Assembly: GCA_965285935.1 (NCBI GenBank)
Contig: OZ260665.1
Location: 71,796,001 to 71,860,000, forward strand
Length of the DNA: 64,000 bases
Source: Ophelia neglecta
Lineage: Eukaryota
Direction: 5' to 3'
Positions 1 to 13,162 of this stretch are shown piece after piece. How positions within the stretch are numbered: the first letter of the stretch is position 1; each line of letters begins with the position of its first letter. The notes below the pieces were generated by a model. That model saw only the letters and a program-made list of their open reading frames with translations, made no database searches and was not told the origin of the DNA. Both the position numbers and the translations under genes were made by a program.

Positions 1-60
1 GTGAAAATAAGTACAATATGAAGGTCACAATCACCTAATAATATTATCAGAGTAGCCTCA

Positions 61-253
61 CAGTGGCGGATCTAGGAATTCAGGAAGGGGGGGGGGGCAA
101 ATTTGCCAAGGCTTCCCTTTATGATTTGGTTGGGATTGAGGACAATTTCCAATGATGAATTTACAGTGTAGAATACCTTTACATGTATGTGTTTTGGGCA
201 AAAGGGGAGCCCGGGCTCCCTGCCGCCCCCCCCCCCCCCCCGATACGACACTG
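61..253. mobile_element. Short MITE-like element with imperfect terminal inverted repeats
   Basis: CAGTGGCGGATC at 61 and GATACGACACTG ending at 253 (rc CAGTGTCGTATC), with subterminal poly-G and poly-C; no clear TSD. Confidence 0.5.
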
Positions 254-1054
254 CCACTAGTGCCCAATTACTCAGCTCAGAAACATATTACAATAGAGTA
301 TGTCAATTATTTTCCTATTTACTGCCATAGGAACGTTTCCGTGCGGGTTAAAACGAATGAAAAAATCTGTTGGAAAAGTAGGGTGAACTTAAATTATTCT
401 TACATATTAGAGTTATTAACTGAGAGGAATTAGGAGTAGGAAGTAGGAGCTAGGGAACCCTTCGAGGAAGCTATAATCATGGTTTGCAGCAAGGTAGAAG
501 TAGTGGTGTGGTATCCGTCTTTTGTTATACGTACAAATAAATTGAAATTGAACAGACGAAAATCATGCATAAAATTATAAGCACATACTGCTTTAATACC
601 ATGTTCACCACATAAATAATCATTTTTGGTTAGTAAACAAGGATATTCAAGGCACGATCATGTCACAAATAAAATAACCAAAAGTACCATTAATTACCTC
701 ATTCCAGGGCAAACTTATCTCATCATCACTACATTTGGTATTAGTTATTGAAATAAATAACCTGGTGACCTTTCTTCAAGTTACTTATGTAATTTCTTCA
801 TGTCTACTACGAATACAATTCAACTGTTGAAAACTTTTTTTTCGAGTGTTAGTTTGGCAGAGTACCCAGGTTCTAGGAAATTGGACGGTTCTAAGTATGT
901 TTCCTGGTATCGGATTAATTGGAGAAACTGTGTTTTATGCTTTGTGAATAGAATTTAGTTAAGTATCGAGGAACTATATTTCCCGCAACCGTACCTCACG
1001 GGTCCGAACTTCCGAAACATCCGCAGGTGGTAAGACAATTAACAACAAATAAGA

Positions 1055-1146
1055 CGGGAAATAGGACCAATAGGCCGTCGGACCAATGGGCCGTCGGACT
1101 AATGGGTCGTTGGACTAATGGGCCGTCGGAATATCGGGCAGTCCCC
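1055..1146. repeat. Short element built of 16-bp subrepeats (GGACCAATGGGCCGTC)
   Basis: About 4.5 degenerate copies with 16-bp period; similar 15-16-bp subrepeat arrays at ~8121-8185, 14980-15060, 17890-17945. Confidence 0.6.
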
Positions 1147-3586
1147 TTGAAATATAACAATCTTCACCGTGTGGGTGATAATTCTATGGGAGAAGGGCTT
1201 GGCCTGATCGACGAGTTCTCACGGTTTCGCTTAACTGAGTGGCTCACGGTTTCGCTTAACTGAGTGGCTAATTCATGCAGCAAACCGAAAAAGTAAAGGC
1301 TGGATGGCACACCCCCATTCAGAGTGGGGTTAGTGCCTCCCCCGCGTCGGGCGTATTGTGGTGATAGGATTCTGTTTAGGCGGGAGAATAAGCAACGGAG
1401 GGGGGGGGGGGCTACAAGGAAAGCTGGCGGCTATTTTTTCTCGGACCTGCCATAGTTTACAAAAATACATAAAATGCCTAAGCGACCAACTTTTGTTTTC
1501 TCTCCAAACCTTCTTTCCCCGAAAATCTTCCATCCCCTCCACCGCCCCCCCCCCCCCCCCCCGCCCGCCACACCACCCAGTTTGGTAACGGTGCGTCCCG
1601 AAGGCCTAACCCTCCCGGTATCCCGAACCGAACACATTCATAACCACGCGCCCCTGTTTGCGTAAACATTTCCTTTCCCAAATGCTGTATGTCACGCACT
1701 TTATAGGGGCGGGAGGTCGTGTTCGACATTTTACCAGGCGGACTGTGCATGGGTATGAAACAGTATTAGGCCTACTGTCATACCAATTGTAACTTAATAC
1801 ACCGCATGAAATACAATATGCACCGCCTTTATCTGGAGGGCGTGCTGTTGTTGCGACAGCACTCTTCACTATATTTGGAACTTGATTTTGAAGAAGGGAC
1901 AGGCGCCACCCCAAACTGAGGGGAAAAGTACACCGTCAGACATGGACCGTAAGTCCATGTAATGCATGAAAACACGGAAAAGTGTTGGGTAGTAATTTAC
2001 TACCGACACTACCTTCACTATGGACTCACTATAGGTATACAGGGCTCTGGATGGACTTGGTTGTACGTGTGACGAAGGGCAGAACAAATTAACGTACACA
2101 CGTGAAGTTATATATATATAAATTTGTATTTATATAGATTCATCCAAGCATTGTTTTTAGTATGAACATGAAACAACAAATTTACCTGTACAAGTGTCGT
2201 CGTAAGATGCTCCAGCTAGAAGCAAATGTGGCCTGTGTATTCTAATCCTTCGTGACGGTACAACTAGGCCTACTATAACCTGTGAACTTGGACTTTCACA
2301 CAATAATTATTCTATATTCAAAATGACTTAAGGAGTGTTCATTATTGAATGGTCAGGGGGGCCGGGCAGTTGGGAGAGGGGTGGTCACAATTTGCTTGCC
2401 CTGCTTGATGCGAATCTATGGATTCTCTATATATATGACACGGCTCACGGAAGCGACCGGCTTTAACGGGCCCACCAACAACGGGAAAATTCTTTCACGG
2501 CTAATACAGATTGTGAACTTGCTGTCTTGACAGGCCAATGACAGATTGCTGCATTGTTACTGCATGCAGGCAGATCTGCATTCATTCTTTTTCAACGGGG
2601 ATTCCAGGTGAATTTCTTCACCCAGTGCGCTCTGCCCATTGCGCATGTGCTCCATTTTCACCGGTCGACGTAATCGCTTTAAGTGTTTGTGGACATCCAG
2701 CACGTGGACAACCTTCAGAACTGGACCTTTTATAATATGCTGGTAAAGTCGCTATGCCAACAACATTACCTGCAGCATATACAGCTCACTGGTTATCGCC
2801 CATCGTGTCTACTGAACATAGTTTCTAATCAGTTTAGTTTGGTTATATGTCACTAGACTTTACCTCAGGACTACCGAACATAATGCCTATTTAGTTTAGT
2901 TTATTTACGTGTACACTAGACTTTATTTGGTTTCCTCCGTGTTTACTGTAAATATCATTTTGTTGTTTTGATACAGCTTTCTTATTTTTTGTGTCTTAGT
3001 GGAAATTTGAGTGCAGATCAGAGTTTTGTCAATTTATTCCTTTCACCAATTAATGCCAGATTGTCACACTTTCAATTTGATATGGCATGTGTAACTTGAT
3101 ATTCACAACCCCAAAGTGCATGATAAGGCTATTGTACATTGGCAGTTACGTGTAGTATGTTAAGATACAGGTCTGTTTTGCTGAACTTGCAAAACAATTG
3201 CCCGCAAAACAACTTTGCTTAATTTATGTGACATTTCCATGACACATTTCTTGAGTTATATTTTTATGATGTTATGTGTTGTAGTTGACATTAATATGCT
3301 TTAATTGTCGATGTTTGTTAACATTCGCCTGCAAAATTTTGCTAAATTTGTGTGACAATTGGTTTGTAACATTGTTTAAGTTTGATGTTATAGTTGCATG
3401 TGTTGTGCTTAAGATCAATATGCCCTTTGAAATGTTTTTATTGGAATTTTGTTGATACTATGTGTGATGACCAATGTATGCTTAAAACCCTCTGAGGACC
3501 CGTCCCCGACTGACCCCCGAATCAGCCCAGTATGAAAAATTAGAGCAACAATTTAAGGATTTGTCCAATTCTTTCAAATGGTATAA

Positions 3587-3970
3587 GGGAGCGTTCATTA
3601 TTTATGGCCGGGGGGGGGGGGGTGGTAAATTTGGGGGGGGACAGTTTTTTTTCAACCCATTTCCATGGGGGGGACAGTTTTTTTTCAACCCATTTCCATG
3701 GGGGGGACAGTTTTTTTTAGTCTATTCACAGGGTGCGCAATTTTATTTAGAAATATATATTGTACAAAAGTGTGTAGTGAAACTGATAAAACTTAGCCAA
3801 ATTCTGTCTTTGATGGGGGGGGGGGGGCAATTTTTTTCCACCTATTTCTGAGGGGGGGGCAATTTTTTTCCCACCTATTTCCAGGGGGGGGGGCAATTTT
3901 TTTTTGACGTACTCATTTCAAAAATTTACCACCCCCCCCCCCCCCCCGGCCATAAATAATGAACGCTCCC
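3587..3970. mobile_element. PIF/Harbinger-type (Tourist-like) MITE
   Basis: TIR GGGAGCGTTCATTATTTATGGCC(G)nTGGTAAATTT mirrored at the right end; TAA target duplication at 3584-3586 and 3971-3973; internal tandem subrepeats. Confidence 0.85.
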
Positions 3971-4059
3971 TAAGGAAACTATAGTCTTCTTGTCCTCAGG
4001 TTGGTTTAGGTGCTTTCACAAAGGGGAAGCCTACCACAGTTTCCAAACCCCAGGTATTC

Positions 4060-7000
4060 CCAGAACATTGGTTGTGGCTAGGGAAAAAGTTATCTGGTAG
4101 GCAAGTTAAGTCAGGTGACCCAGATGTTACCGAATGGGTTCAAGACATCAGGTACTATATACCTCGACAGTCAACAAATGACAGTTTTTGAAAGAAAATC
4201 GTACATACCAGAGCATCTTAAAGGCGATGCTAAAAATGAAGGCGATGCTTAAAATGAAGTATAATACCGACTTGCTTCTCTTGCATCAGATGATGATATG
4301 TTTAAGATGTATTTGGTTAGGTAGGATGATAGTTTTCATTCCTATACACTTACGCTCATGGACATTGTGAACGAGTTGAGCGACCTCAGTGACATTTTTT
4401 CTCATGAGAGAAAGCATACCGCAAAGGAAAGGTTTACTTATGGCATTTAAGACGAGCATATAAGGCGTGATTTGAGGCGTCTTAAAGAGGAAGCAACCAG
4501 TTCTATCTTTCTTTGAATTTAGAGACAAAGCTATTGGGTGGACTAATTGATGGCAACAGTCGCCCTGCTTTCGCCAACGTTCAACTGTCCTCAGCTACTA
4601 ACAGCAATGAGAAGATGCTTGCTCTACTTTTACAAGAGCAACAGAAACAAAACGGAGCTGCTGGATAAATTACTCCAGAAGTTTGATTCCCAACCTGTCA
4701 GGAGTTCAGTAGAGTCTAACGCTAGGTCCAAACCAAAGTCATACAAGAGTCCCCAAAGGTCGGATCCTTCTGAATGGGTTTGTCACAATTGTAGAGGGTA
4801 TGGCATGAGCGCCCAGACTGTCCATCCGAGAAGGGCATTTCTAAACAAGACTATTTACCTAAATTTGAGAAAATGCCTAAATCAGTTCCAAATGTGAGTG
4901 GCGGTCGCTTCTTTAACGACTGTCCAGAAACAAAACGCCGCATTAAGAGTTGTAAATCTGAGAGACGTTTGGCTTCCGGCTAAATCAGTTCTAGGTATTC
5001 TCTTCACAGATACTACTGTTCAGAGTCCAGAAGCGTTGATGTGTCAGTCACTGACGATGTCGTAGAGGTTTTTGTCTGTAGAGTTGGCGTTGAATCTTCT
5101 GTGTTGCAAAGTGCTCTCTCTTCAGAATCTGATTGCCCTGAATGGTCGAGAAAGATAGAACTCTATATCTGAATAGCTTTCCTCCATTTGTTAAACCAAA
5201 ACAAAAATGCGTTTGCCCATGAAGGTGATGTACTCTCACAAACTTGTAAGGTTACTCGCAAAATACACCTTAGTGGTGATTCCCCTGTCAAGATTTGCCA
5301 TAGGAGAACCTTCCACATCTTACTCCTGAGGTGAAGGAACATCTCGACGGTCTTCTGAGGGCTTACGCCATCAGGCCGAGTAGGAGTCCTTATGCTGCCC
5401 CTGTTGTTTTAGTTCGAAAGAGGGATCAGATCTTGCGCATGTGTGTCGACTTCCCTCTATTGAATTCAAAGACCGTTAAGGATGTCTTTCATCTGCCCAG
5501 AAAAGATGAAGTTTTAGATTAATTAAATGATTCATAGTTCTCCTCTAGTTTAGATCTGAGTCAAGGTTTGTACCATGTCCCAATGAAAAATCAGATATAC
5601 ACAAAACAGCATTCTGTGTATGAACAGGCAATTTGTGCGAATACTGACGCAAGCCTTTTGGTTTGGCGAATAGCCCTGCCAATTTTCTCGTCTTATGGAA
5701 TCTTGTATCCATCATCAAAATTTCGAAATTCAAAAGTTTTCCCTGGATGACATTTTGGTATATTCTAATAGCCAAATTGACAGCCAAATTCAAAGATGAC
5801 AAGTTGTATTTGACATCCTGAGAAAAAACTCCCTCAAATTGGATCTCAGGAAGTGTAAATTCATTTTGAAAGAAATCACACACTTATCATTTGCTAAATG
5901 AAGATGGCGTCTTACCTGACCCAGGGAAAACTCAGGTGATTACAGACTAGCCTGTGCCTAAAACGGAGGAAGAAATCCGAAAAGGCTTAATTGGGTTTTA
6001 TGGTAAGTTCATAAAATCCTTTGCCTCGATTGCCTATTCACTACATTTTCCTCTAGGAAAAGCCCCAAAGAAGAAAGGTAGGAAGGAAACACAAAACCCT
6101 CTTGTTGGTCCGTTTGAGAAGAGATGGACTCATGAATGTCAGCTAGCCTTTACATTAACGGAAAAATTGTGTTCTTCGCCAATTTTGGGTTATCCTGACT
6201 TTGCTGCCCCATTTATAGTAGAAACCGACGCTAGCTTTTCAGTTTTGGGTGCTGTGTTGAGCCAAGAACAGGTTGGCAAACGTGATGTGATTGCCTAGGC
6301 CTCACGAACTATAAAACATGCAGGGAGAAATGACAGTATTACAGTTCAATGAAGCTGGAATTGTTGGCTTTCAAATGGGCTGTTACTGACAAGTTCAGGG
6401 ATTATTTGATTGGTTGTCCTCGGTTCACGTTATTTACAGATAATAATCCGCAGAGTTACCTGAAGACCGCCAAACTTGGCGCAACAGAATCTCGTTGGGC
6501 TTCCCAGCTTGCACACTTTAATTTTGACATCGGTTATAAACCTGGGAAACAAAATACTGTTGTTGATGCTCAATTTTGATGAGTCGTGTTGGCAATATTG
6601 ACACGAACAGCGATATAGAACAGGTAGGGGTAATACTGGGTGAAGTATCAAATACTTTACGTACCCCCTTGCCAATACAGTTAAATCTGAACAAAATCGT
6701 ACCTACTTGCCCATTTTTGCCTAGCCACAACTCAGAGTCTGATTTCCGTGAAGGTCAGATTAGTGACCTGCCATATCTCGTGTGGTCCAACTTTTGGCCA
6801 ATATGCACAAGCCCACCTAGCGACAAATCCCAGGAAACTAGGGATGCTCGTCGTCTGTGTTCGAAATTGGACCAGCTCGACCTCGTAAATGATATACTTT
6901 TCAGGGTAGTGCACCTCAATGGCCAATAGACTAAACAGGTTGTAGTGTATTTTTCTATGCGTGACTATATGCTATCACTCTCTCATGATGAAGCTGGTAA

Positions 7001-7205
7001 TCAGGATGTTGAACGAACGTTTTTTCTGATCAGCAGGAGGTGTTTCTTGGAAAGATGTGTCAGAACGTTACCAAACACTGTACATTGTGTAAACGTTGTG
7101 TCCTCGCCAAATCCGACGCCACACTGCCCACAATATCTAGTTAAGTTGCTAAATGCCCTCTAGAAATTTTGGCAATTGACATCACCCTCATTGAAAAGTC
7201 TTCGA
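4060..7205 (+). mobile_element. Decayed Ty3/Gypsy LTR retrotransposon (gag, RT, RNase H, start of integrase)
   Basis: Gag-like LSGRQVKSGDPDVTEWVQDIR, zinc-knuckle remnant CHNCRGYG; RT IRPSRSPYAAPVVLVRKRD..LRMCVDF and LDDILVYS (~5743); RNase H FIVETDAS..LGAVLSQ, KLELLAFKWAVTDKFRDYL, FTDNNP; integrase HDEAGNQDVERT; RT-RH-INT order; many stops and frameshifts. Confidence 0.92.
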
Positions 7206-7239
7206 GCGTTTTCCCGACAGTAATCATAGTAACTTAATC

Positions 7240-7740
7240 AATAATTCGTCAGGTTTAATATTTATTAAGAACATGATTAGAGCTGATGTTGGGATTGGGA
7301 ATTGTCGGGTTTGTCTGATTTATCAATGTCTTGCAGTGATTGAGTGGCCCGTGGTGTAGATACTTCTCCTTTTACCATTTAGATGTTTTTTTATAACAAT
7401 ATATTATTTAATAATATGAGCGGAAGGATAAAGGGCTGCACTTTGGGGTCTCAGTGTCGGCAGCGTATTTCACCTTTTTGTCGAATTTATCGGATTTAAT
7501 ATTTATTGAGAAGATGAGGGCTGGCAATAGGCAGATATAGGGCTGGAATTAGTCAGAGTTGTCAGATTTATTGATTTATGAAATTATGTATGTTGAAGAT
7601 TGTCGGAATTATTCTTGCTGGGAGTAAGTGGCCTGCGAACATGATACTTTTCCTATTTTTTCGGATTTATCGGGTATAATATTTATTGTGAAGCTGAGGG
7701 ATGACGATAGAACTGGAAATTGCTGTTTTTAAGTATATAA
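7240..7740. repeat. Old degenerate tandem repeat
   Basis: Recurring TTTAATATTTATTGAGAAGATGAGGGCTG-like and AGTGGCC...GATACTT-like motifs at ~7255, 7495, 7675 and 7342, 7627. Confidence 0.45.
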
Positions 7741-9540
7741 TATTCGACAAAAGCTTGTAAAATAAAGACATTATCGGTAGGCTCTGATGGTTTTCAATAT
7801 GTACAATGTGCTACATTATAACTAACCTACAACCTTTTTCTATTTCATACCTTTATATATTCTTTAAGATTTAAGGAAACATGTTTCACGAGTATCTAAA
7901 AGGCGGGACGATGCGTACCATCAGCTCTGGAGGAGGAGGCGGTGGGGGGGGGGGGGGTGTTGGTGGGGGGTCGGTTAGGTGGGTAATAATAAAAGCGATG
8001 ACAATGGGGTGAGAGGGGGCGGGGTCAGTGCCCATATGCGAACTTAAAATGCGTACCAAAGTATTTTTGCAACTGAAAATAATAAAAAATACCAAAAACT
8101 CGTATGTTCGCATATGCACCATGGACCGAAAGGTCTGTGATGAAAATTTGCGGGACCAAAATGTTTATGACCAAAATGTCTGACTACAATCTGCGACTGG
8201 ATGATGTCGGAAATCTGGGCGCAATCCTTTGAGATGCCATCACTATTGATTTTCAAATTTATACTACTTTCTTAACATTTCATCAAATTCCCGTGATAAT
8301 GGTTATCATATATTAGAATGATGAAAATAAGCCTATAGTAAAAGGACGATAATTGACGTTGAGTTTCAATCTCTCGCGGTTTTGATATTTTAAACGAACT
8401 TTAGTGTGCTATGGGTTGATATATGCAAAGGTTTAATATTTCGTACAGGGTGGTAGCAATGAAACTGTAGCAGCGATGTGCTTTGTGCACGACTGTTAAC
8501 TGCCGAGTCGGCGATGTGCTTTACCAGTTTCCACTAATTTTTATTGGTACTGGCTGGGATATAAGTATCTTGGATATAAGAATCTATACAGTTTTGGCGA
8601 TCGCTGAATATATCCAGAGCTACGGCGACAAAAGTGATAGGTCTATTCACATTTTGTTTGATAAATGAGTAAAGCCATTTTCTAAGTACGAACACATCTT
8701 CACAAATGCACAAAGCGTATATCGAGGCCAATTGCACATGAGCAGCGCGAAACATCACGATTGTGATCATCTATTGTGATTTCCCCGAAATAACTTTTTG
8801 ATAAGGTCGTATATTATATAATACGTTAAAAGCTGAACATCAATCTTGGACACAGTAAAAACTTGACAGTTGATTAAATTCTTCACTATTATGTTATCAC
8901 TCAATGTGTCTTTTTTGACTTTGGTCCACATGAAATGAAACTTACGAACACCTGTATACATTTATTAATCAACTGTTTGTCCTTCGTTTGCTGTACAATA
9001 TATGTTTGGTTTCAACTGCGATCCGGGTGCAGAGTAATTCGTACATCCCTAACAAGAGTCAAACTTTCTGTAAAGAAAGGCTAATTGAAATTTTATAGAT
9101 TTACCAGCGCTGCACCAGGGTCGCATGAGAACTCTTTGTTTGGTAGGAGTATTAATTACTATTTATTATAAACCCAACAAAATGAAAGTGTAAGATTTTC
9201 CTTAAACACATTTTATTCGCTATTAAACATGTTAAACTAAGCATAATGTTGTCTTGGGTTTGGGAGATGTGAGGAACCCAACATTAAATTAATCTATTCT
9301 ATTTTATTATACATGTATCAGATATAAAACGGTATCTTCTACATATAACCAACACACATAGTAATTTAACTGGTGTGTATAGTTTGTCAAGTCATCTCTA
9401 TTTCTGGTCTTTGCTACCTGAATTCGTATGCTTTCCTAGCTAGTGTGGTGAACCAGTCTCACACCAAAGGTACAAGGTAAACTTTACTCATTACGTCACG
9501 ATTATGTTTTGCTAATTTCAAATGAAGTGTGTATGAAGTG

Positions 9541-9672
9541 TCAGTTGGGGTAAACCGCTCCCGGCGGGTTCATTTCTCTGCTGGGATCAGCCCCTCCCAG
9601 TGAAGGGTTCTGGTATGCTGGAGGATGACCATAACCTTGCTGACCCTGGGTGGTCATCACTACATTTTGATT
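9541..9672 (-). CDS. Coding exon 3 (last) of 143-aa two-TM, PY-motif membrane protein
   Basis: Acceptor TTTCTGTTTCAG, phase 0 matching exon 2; encodes NQNVVMTTQGQQGYGHPPAYQNPSLGGADPSREMNPPGAVYPN-stop. Confidence 0.7.
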   Translation of the reverse strand, partial: NQNVVMTTQGQQGYGHPPAYQNPSLGGADPSREMNPPGAVYPN

Positions 9673-11349
9673 CTGAAACAGAAAACAGTCATTTTTATCG
9701 AGATGTGTATTATAATGAAGCCTCGGCATACCTACCCTACGGCGAAAAATGACGAAATCTAAAATTGTTAGCTGCGGTGATAAACCAACTTTTCAACATG
9801 TTTTATACATTTTATATCGAATACACACAACCAAATTGTGCAGACAACGTAGCGAACATCCAAAACCACCAAAATCCATCATAATAGTGTTGTCAATCGG
9901 TGCCAACTTCATAATAGATCATCGGTTGTACATAACCGATCGATCATCACGTATAATCGGTTAGCGCATGTAACAGGCAAGGTTTTTACTAGGAAATTAT
10001 TGTACAAAATTTCACATTGTAGCAAACTTGTACATGTAAGTATAAAGATCTACCGAACTAAACTTGAGTAAGATTAATAAAGATTTCATTTTTGTTATGT
10101 ATAAAGTTATTAAAGTAACAATGAAGTTTTATTTGACACGAAGAATATTTTGTTTTGCAATGAGAAATTCATCATTTTAACTTGGGTGAGATGCGGTCTT
10201 ATATTGGAGACTTAATATCAACAAACTCAGATTTCGATTAAATCGATTGTTAGTTTAGTTTAAACATATTTATTTATTCTGGCTCACCCCAATAGCCAAG
10301 GCTAAATCGATTGTTGACTTTTTCATTCAAGCGCTTGGTTAGGACAAGTAAATGACCGACTTTCGATTATACTCGATCATCGTGACAACACTACTTTATA
10401 ACCAGGGCATTAACCAGGGCACCAAATTGATTTTGTTTTTAAACAAGTATGTGCAAAATGTTCTATGTTGGTAGACTGATGCAGATAATTTTGTGCGCAC
10501 AGCCAAACTCGCCTTACCATATTATGAATGAACTGCATGTCTATTATAATTTGGTGCCAAATTTGTAGTGAAATGGTGCAAAATGTGCTTGGACCTGGAC
10601 ACGTTCTCAAGTCTGACACATTTAAACTCGAATATTTTGCATTCTAGTCATTCTAGTGCGAGAATTACCTTTGTATTTAATAAAGAGTTCAGATTATACT
10701 GTGACGGTGCATGACTGTGAACGATAAATACCGCTTGTGTCTATGTATTGTTTGGACTTGCCGTTCACACGTAGCTCGAGGACTGTAGATATAAATGTCC
10801 GATCTCGGCGGAAGTTCGAAAAATTTGTTGCGAAGTTTATTGATGTAAAACAATGACAACCTGCAGAACAAGAACGACCTGCGTGACACCATCCGTGTGT
10901 TCAGTCTTTGATAAAGGGTTCTAGCTAACAATGAGATCGACTGCTATAAACATCATTACGATTATTGTGCAGATAACATTGCATATATAACACCATTCAC
11001 CCACCACGACCCGTCAGGATTTGTAAATACTCTTGTCCACAAAAAGGGATTTTATTCATATTCCAAAAGCTATAGGACACTTTCCGTTAAATTGTGGCCA
11101 AAACGTTACCTGCATGTTTTAGGAACGTACGTTTATGTAAGTGACGATTTTGATCATTACGTGAAACATTGAAATTACGACAAAAAGTATTCAAACAATA
11201 TATTTATGTTTAATAAGTTAGTTTAGAAAGTTTTGGCGGTCCATTGAATTTTTTCCTAATATCAACAAGGTCGTGATTTTAGCCAATTTCAATTGTGATT
11301 TACCCGCTGCAGATTGTGCGACTCGGTTCTAACCTGATTATCAACTTCT

Positions 11350-11640
11350 GAATGAAGACCAACATTATAATCTCCACCAATTATCAGATTTTATTACTTT
11401 AGTTTTCAATAATAAACCCCATATAAGTGAAAAATACCAACTGTTCTCCAGGCTTGTCTTTAGTTAGTGCCTGAATGATAAGTGTGACTGGTTCCTCTTT
11501 TATTACTAAATCCAGGAGCAAACATCTATCCTCTGTGTCTGTTAATGTGTCGATACTTGTGTAATCCAGATCTCTGGGAATCAAAGAGTAGCTACTAAAC
11601 TACTGTTATCAAGCCCATTACTGAAAAACCCATTCTACTT
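11350..11640 (-). mobile_element. L1/Tx1-clade LINE apurinic endonuclease fragment
   Basis: Translates to DTEDRCLLLDLVIKEEPVTLI (cf. D.EGR..L...I) and NLIIGGDYNV (GGDFN motif); frameshifted; lies in intron of the two-TM gene. Confidence 0.7.
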
Positions 11641-11671
11641 TCCACCGGTTCCTAGGGTCTGTCCGTCTATC

Positions 11672-11736
11672 TCTCTGTCCGTCTCTGTCCGCCTCTGTCC
11701 GCCTCTGTCCGCCTCTGTCCGCCTCTGTCCGCCTCT
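11672..11736. repeat. 10-bp minisatellite (CTCTGTCCGC)n
   Basis: About 6 tandem copies visible. Confidence 0.9.
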
Positions 11737-12681
11737 GCTGTCTCTGTCTCTGCTGTCTCCCCCTCCCTCTCCCCCTCCTTCTCCACTATTTCTCGCGAGA
11801 ACGGTCAATGGTTGGACTAGCTAGTCCACAACATGGAACCAGCCTTCGGGGTCTGGTTCTGGCCAGTTCAAGATGGCGGAAGGGAGTGAACTGTTAGCAT
11901 AAGAATGCATGATTTTTTCTTGTTTAATGGCAGTGGAGCTAGATCTTGTTAATTCATCACTGTATTTGTAGTGCTCTGCTACTGTCGTCTGATATGGCTG
12001 TACATGACTATCTTTTAATGAGCTGTTTCGTACCCAATCCCGTTTGTACCAAGGCGGTTCGTACCCGGGGAGTTTATGTAGTCATGTCCGTACAAAAACA
12101 CGCGGGAAAGGGTGTTTTTTTTTAGCCGCGGACGCTGGCCTGCATTTAGCTGTTTAGGGCTGCTTTTTCAAGCATTTTGGAAGAAAGCGGGTAGGTTTTT
12201 AGGCTCAATGTTAGTGTTTATGGTCCCTTTTTCAGGTGCTTCTTATATTGTTGTTGTTGTTACCAACCAGAGGTGAACTATTTCTTTTCGGGCGAGAACC
12301 CCAACCGCGCATGTGCTAATACTAACGATAGTCCACTATGGTTTAGCGCCCGAACCCGTCCAAGTTGCTGACCAAGTGTACACATACATGAGGGTTCAGT
12401 CATCCATGAATTATGCCGCCACATCTGGAGTGTCTCGACACCACACAGTACTAAATCTAATGCTTGTTATTGCAGTCAACTGTGTATTTTTCTTCACAAA
12501 AGTTGCATGTTTTGGTACTTCAAACAGTATCTGTCATACCTATTTATTCTACCCCCTCTGTTCTTCCGCCTGTTCTGAATACCCAAAACTAGCAGCAAGT
12601 AACCTGCCTGTGCACAGTCCTCATGCCAACCTTCTAAGATCATACTGGGGGTCATATTAAAACAGAGAATATATCTTTTAC

Positions 12682-12814
12682 CTGCACTTGATTTTTCTTT
12701 CCTCCTATAACCCCTGCACACAAAAGTATGACTAAAATGGTTCCACCGACTATTAGGATACCCGACACTGCCAGCAACGCGATTCCCACGGTGTAAATCG
12801 TCCCGCTCAGTTTT
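12682..12814 (-). CDS. Coding exon 2 of two-TM protein (second TM helix)
   Basis: Acceptor TTTTTTCCCAG (phase 2), donor CAG|GTAAAA (phase 0); 133 bp; KLSGTIYTVGIALLAVSGILIVGGTILVILLCAGVIGGKKNQVQ. Confidence 0.8.
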
Positions 12815-12995
12815 CTGGGAAAAAATACCGTCAAGTTATATTAAGGAATTTTGCTGTAATACGATAGGGATTATAGATATTGATGCATGGAATACATGTA
12901 AAATATCACGGAACTTAAAAATTTATTCCAATAACTACTGGAGAAAAGCGAACTATATTTGTTATTAATGAAAAAGAAATGCTACAAAAACGTAC

Positions 12996-13162
12996 AAAAC
13001 AAAGACCATAACAAGTCCCGCAATAATCATGGGAATCCCACAGACGCAGACAAACACGATGAGCCCAACAAATATGCCAGCCCCTGCGGCGACCCCGGCG
13101 TCTGAGGGAGCCTCACCGGCGCCCTCGCCACTTCCTCTGCCTGTACCATCACCTGAGCCCAT
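12996..13162 (-). CDS. Coding exon 1 of two-TM protein (Gly-rich N-terminus, first TM helix)
   Basis: ATG at 13162, donor TT|GTACGT in phase 2 matching exon 2; upstream acceptor ATTTTTCAG at 13194-13195 implies a further 5' exon; total CDS 167+133+132=432 bp. Confidence 0.78.

Noticed and set aside
1218-1269. Small two-copy tandem duplications (also 34977-35017, 58285-58327, 60450-60496)
   Set aside because: Ordinary local slippage duplications with no further structure
2420-3550. 5' LTR of the first Gypsy relic
   Set aside because: No TG..CA boundaries, PBS or matching 3' LTR could be located
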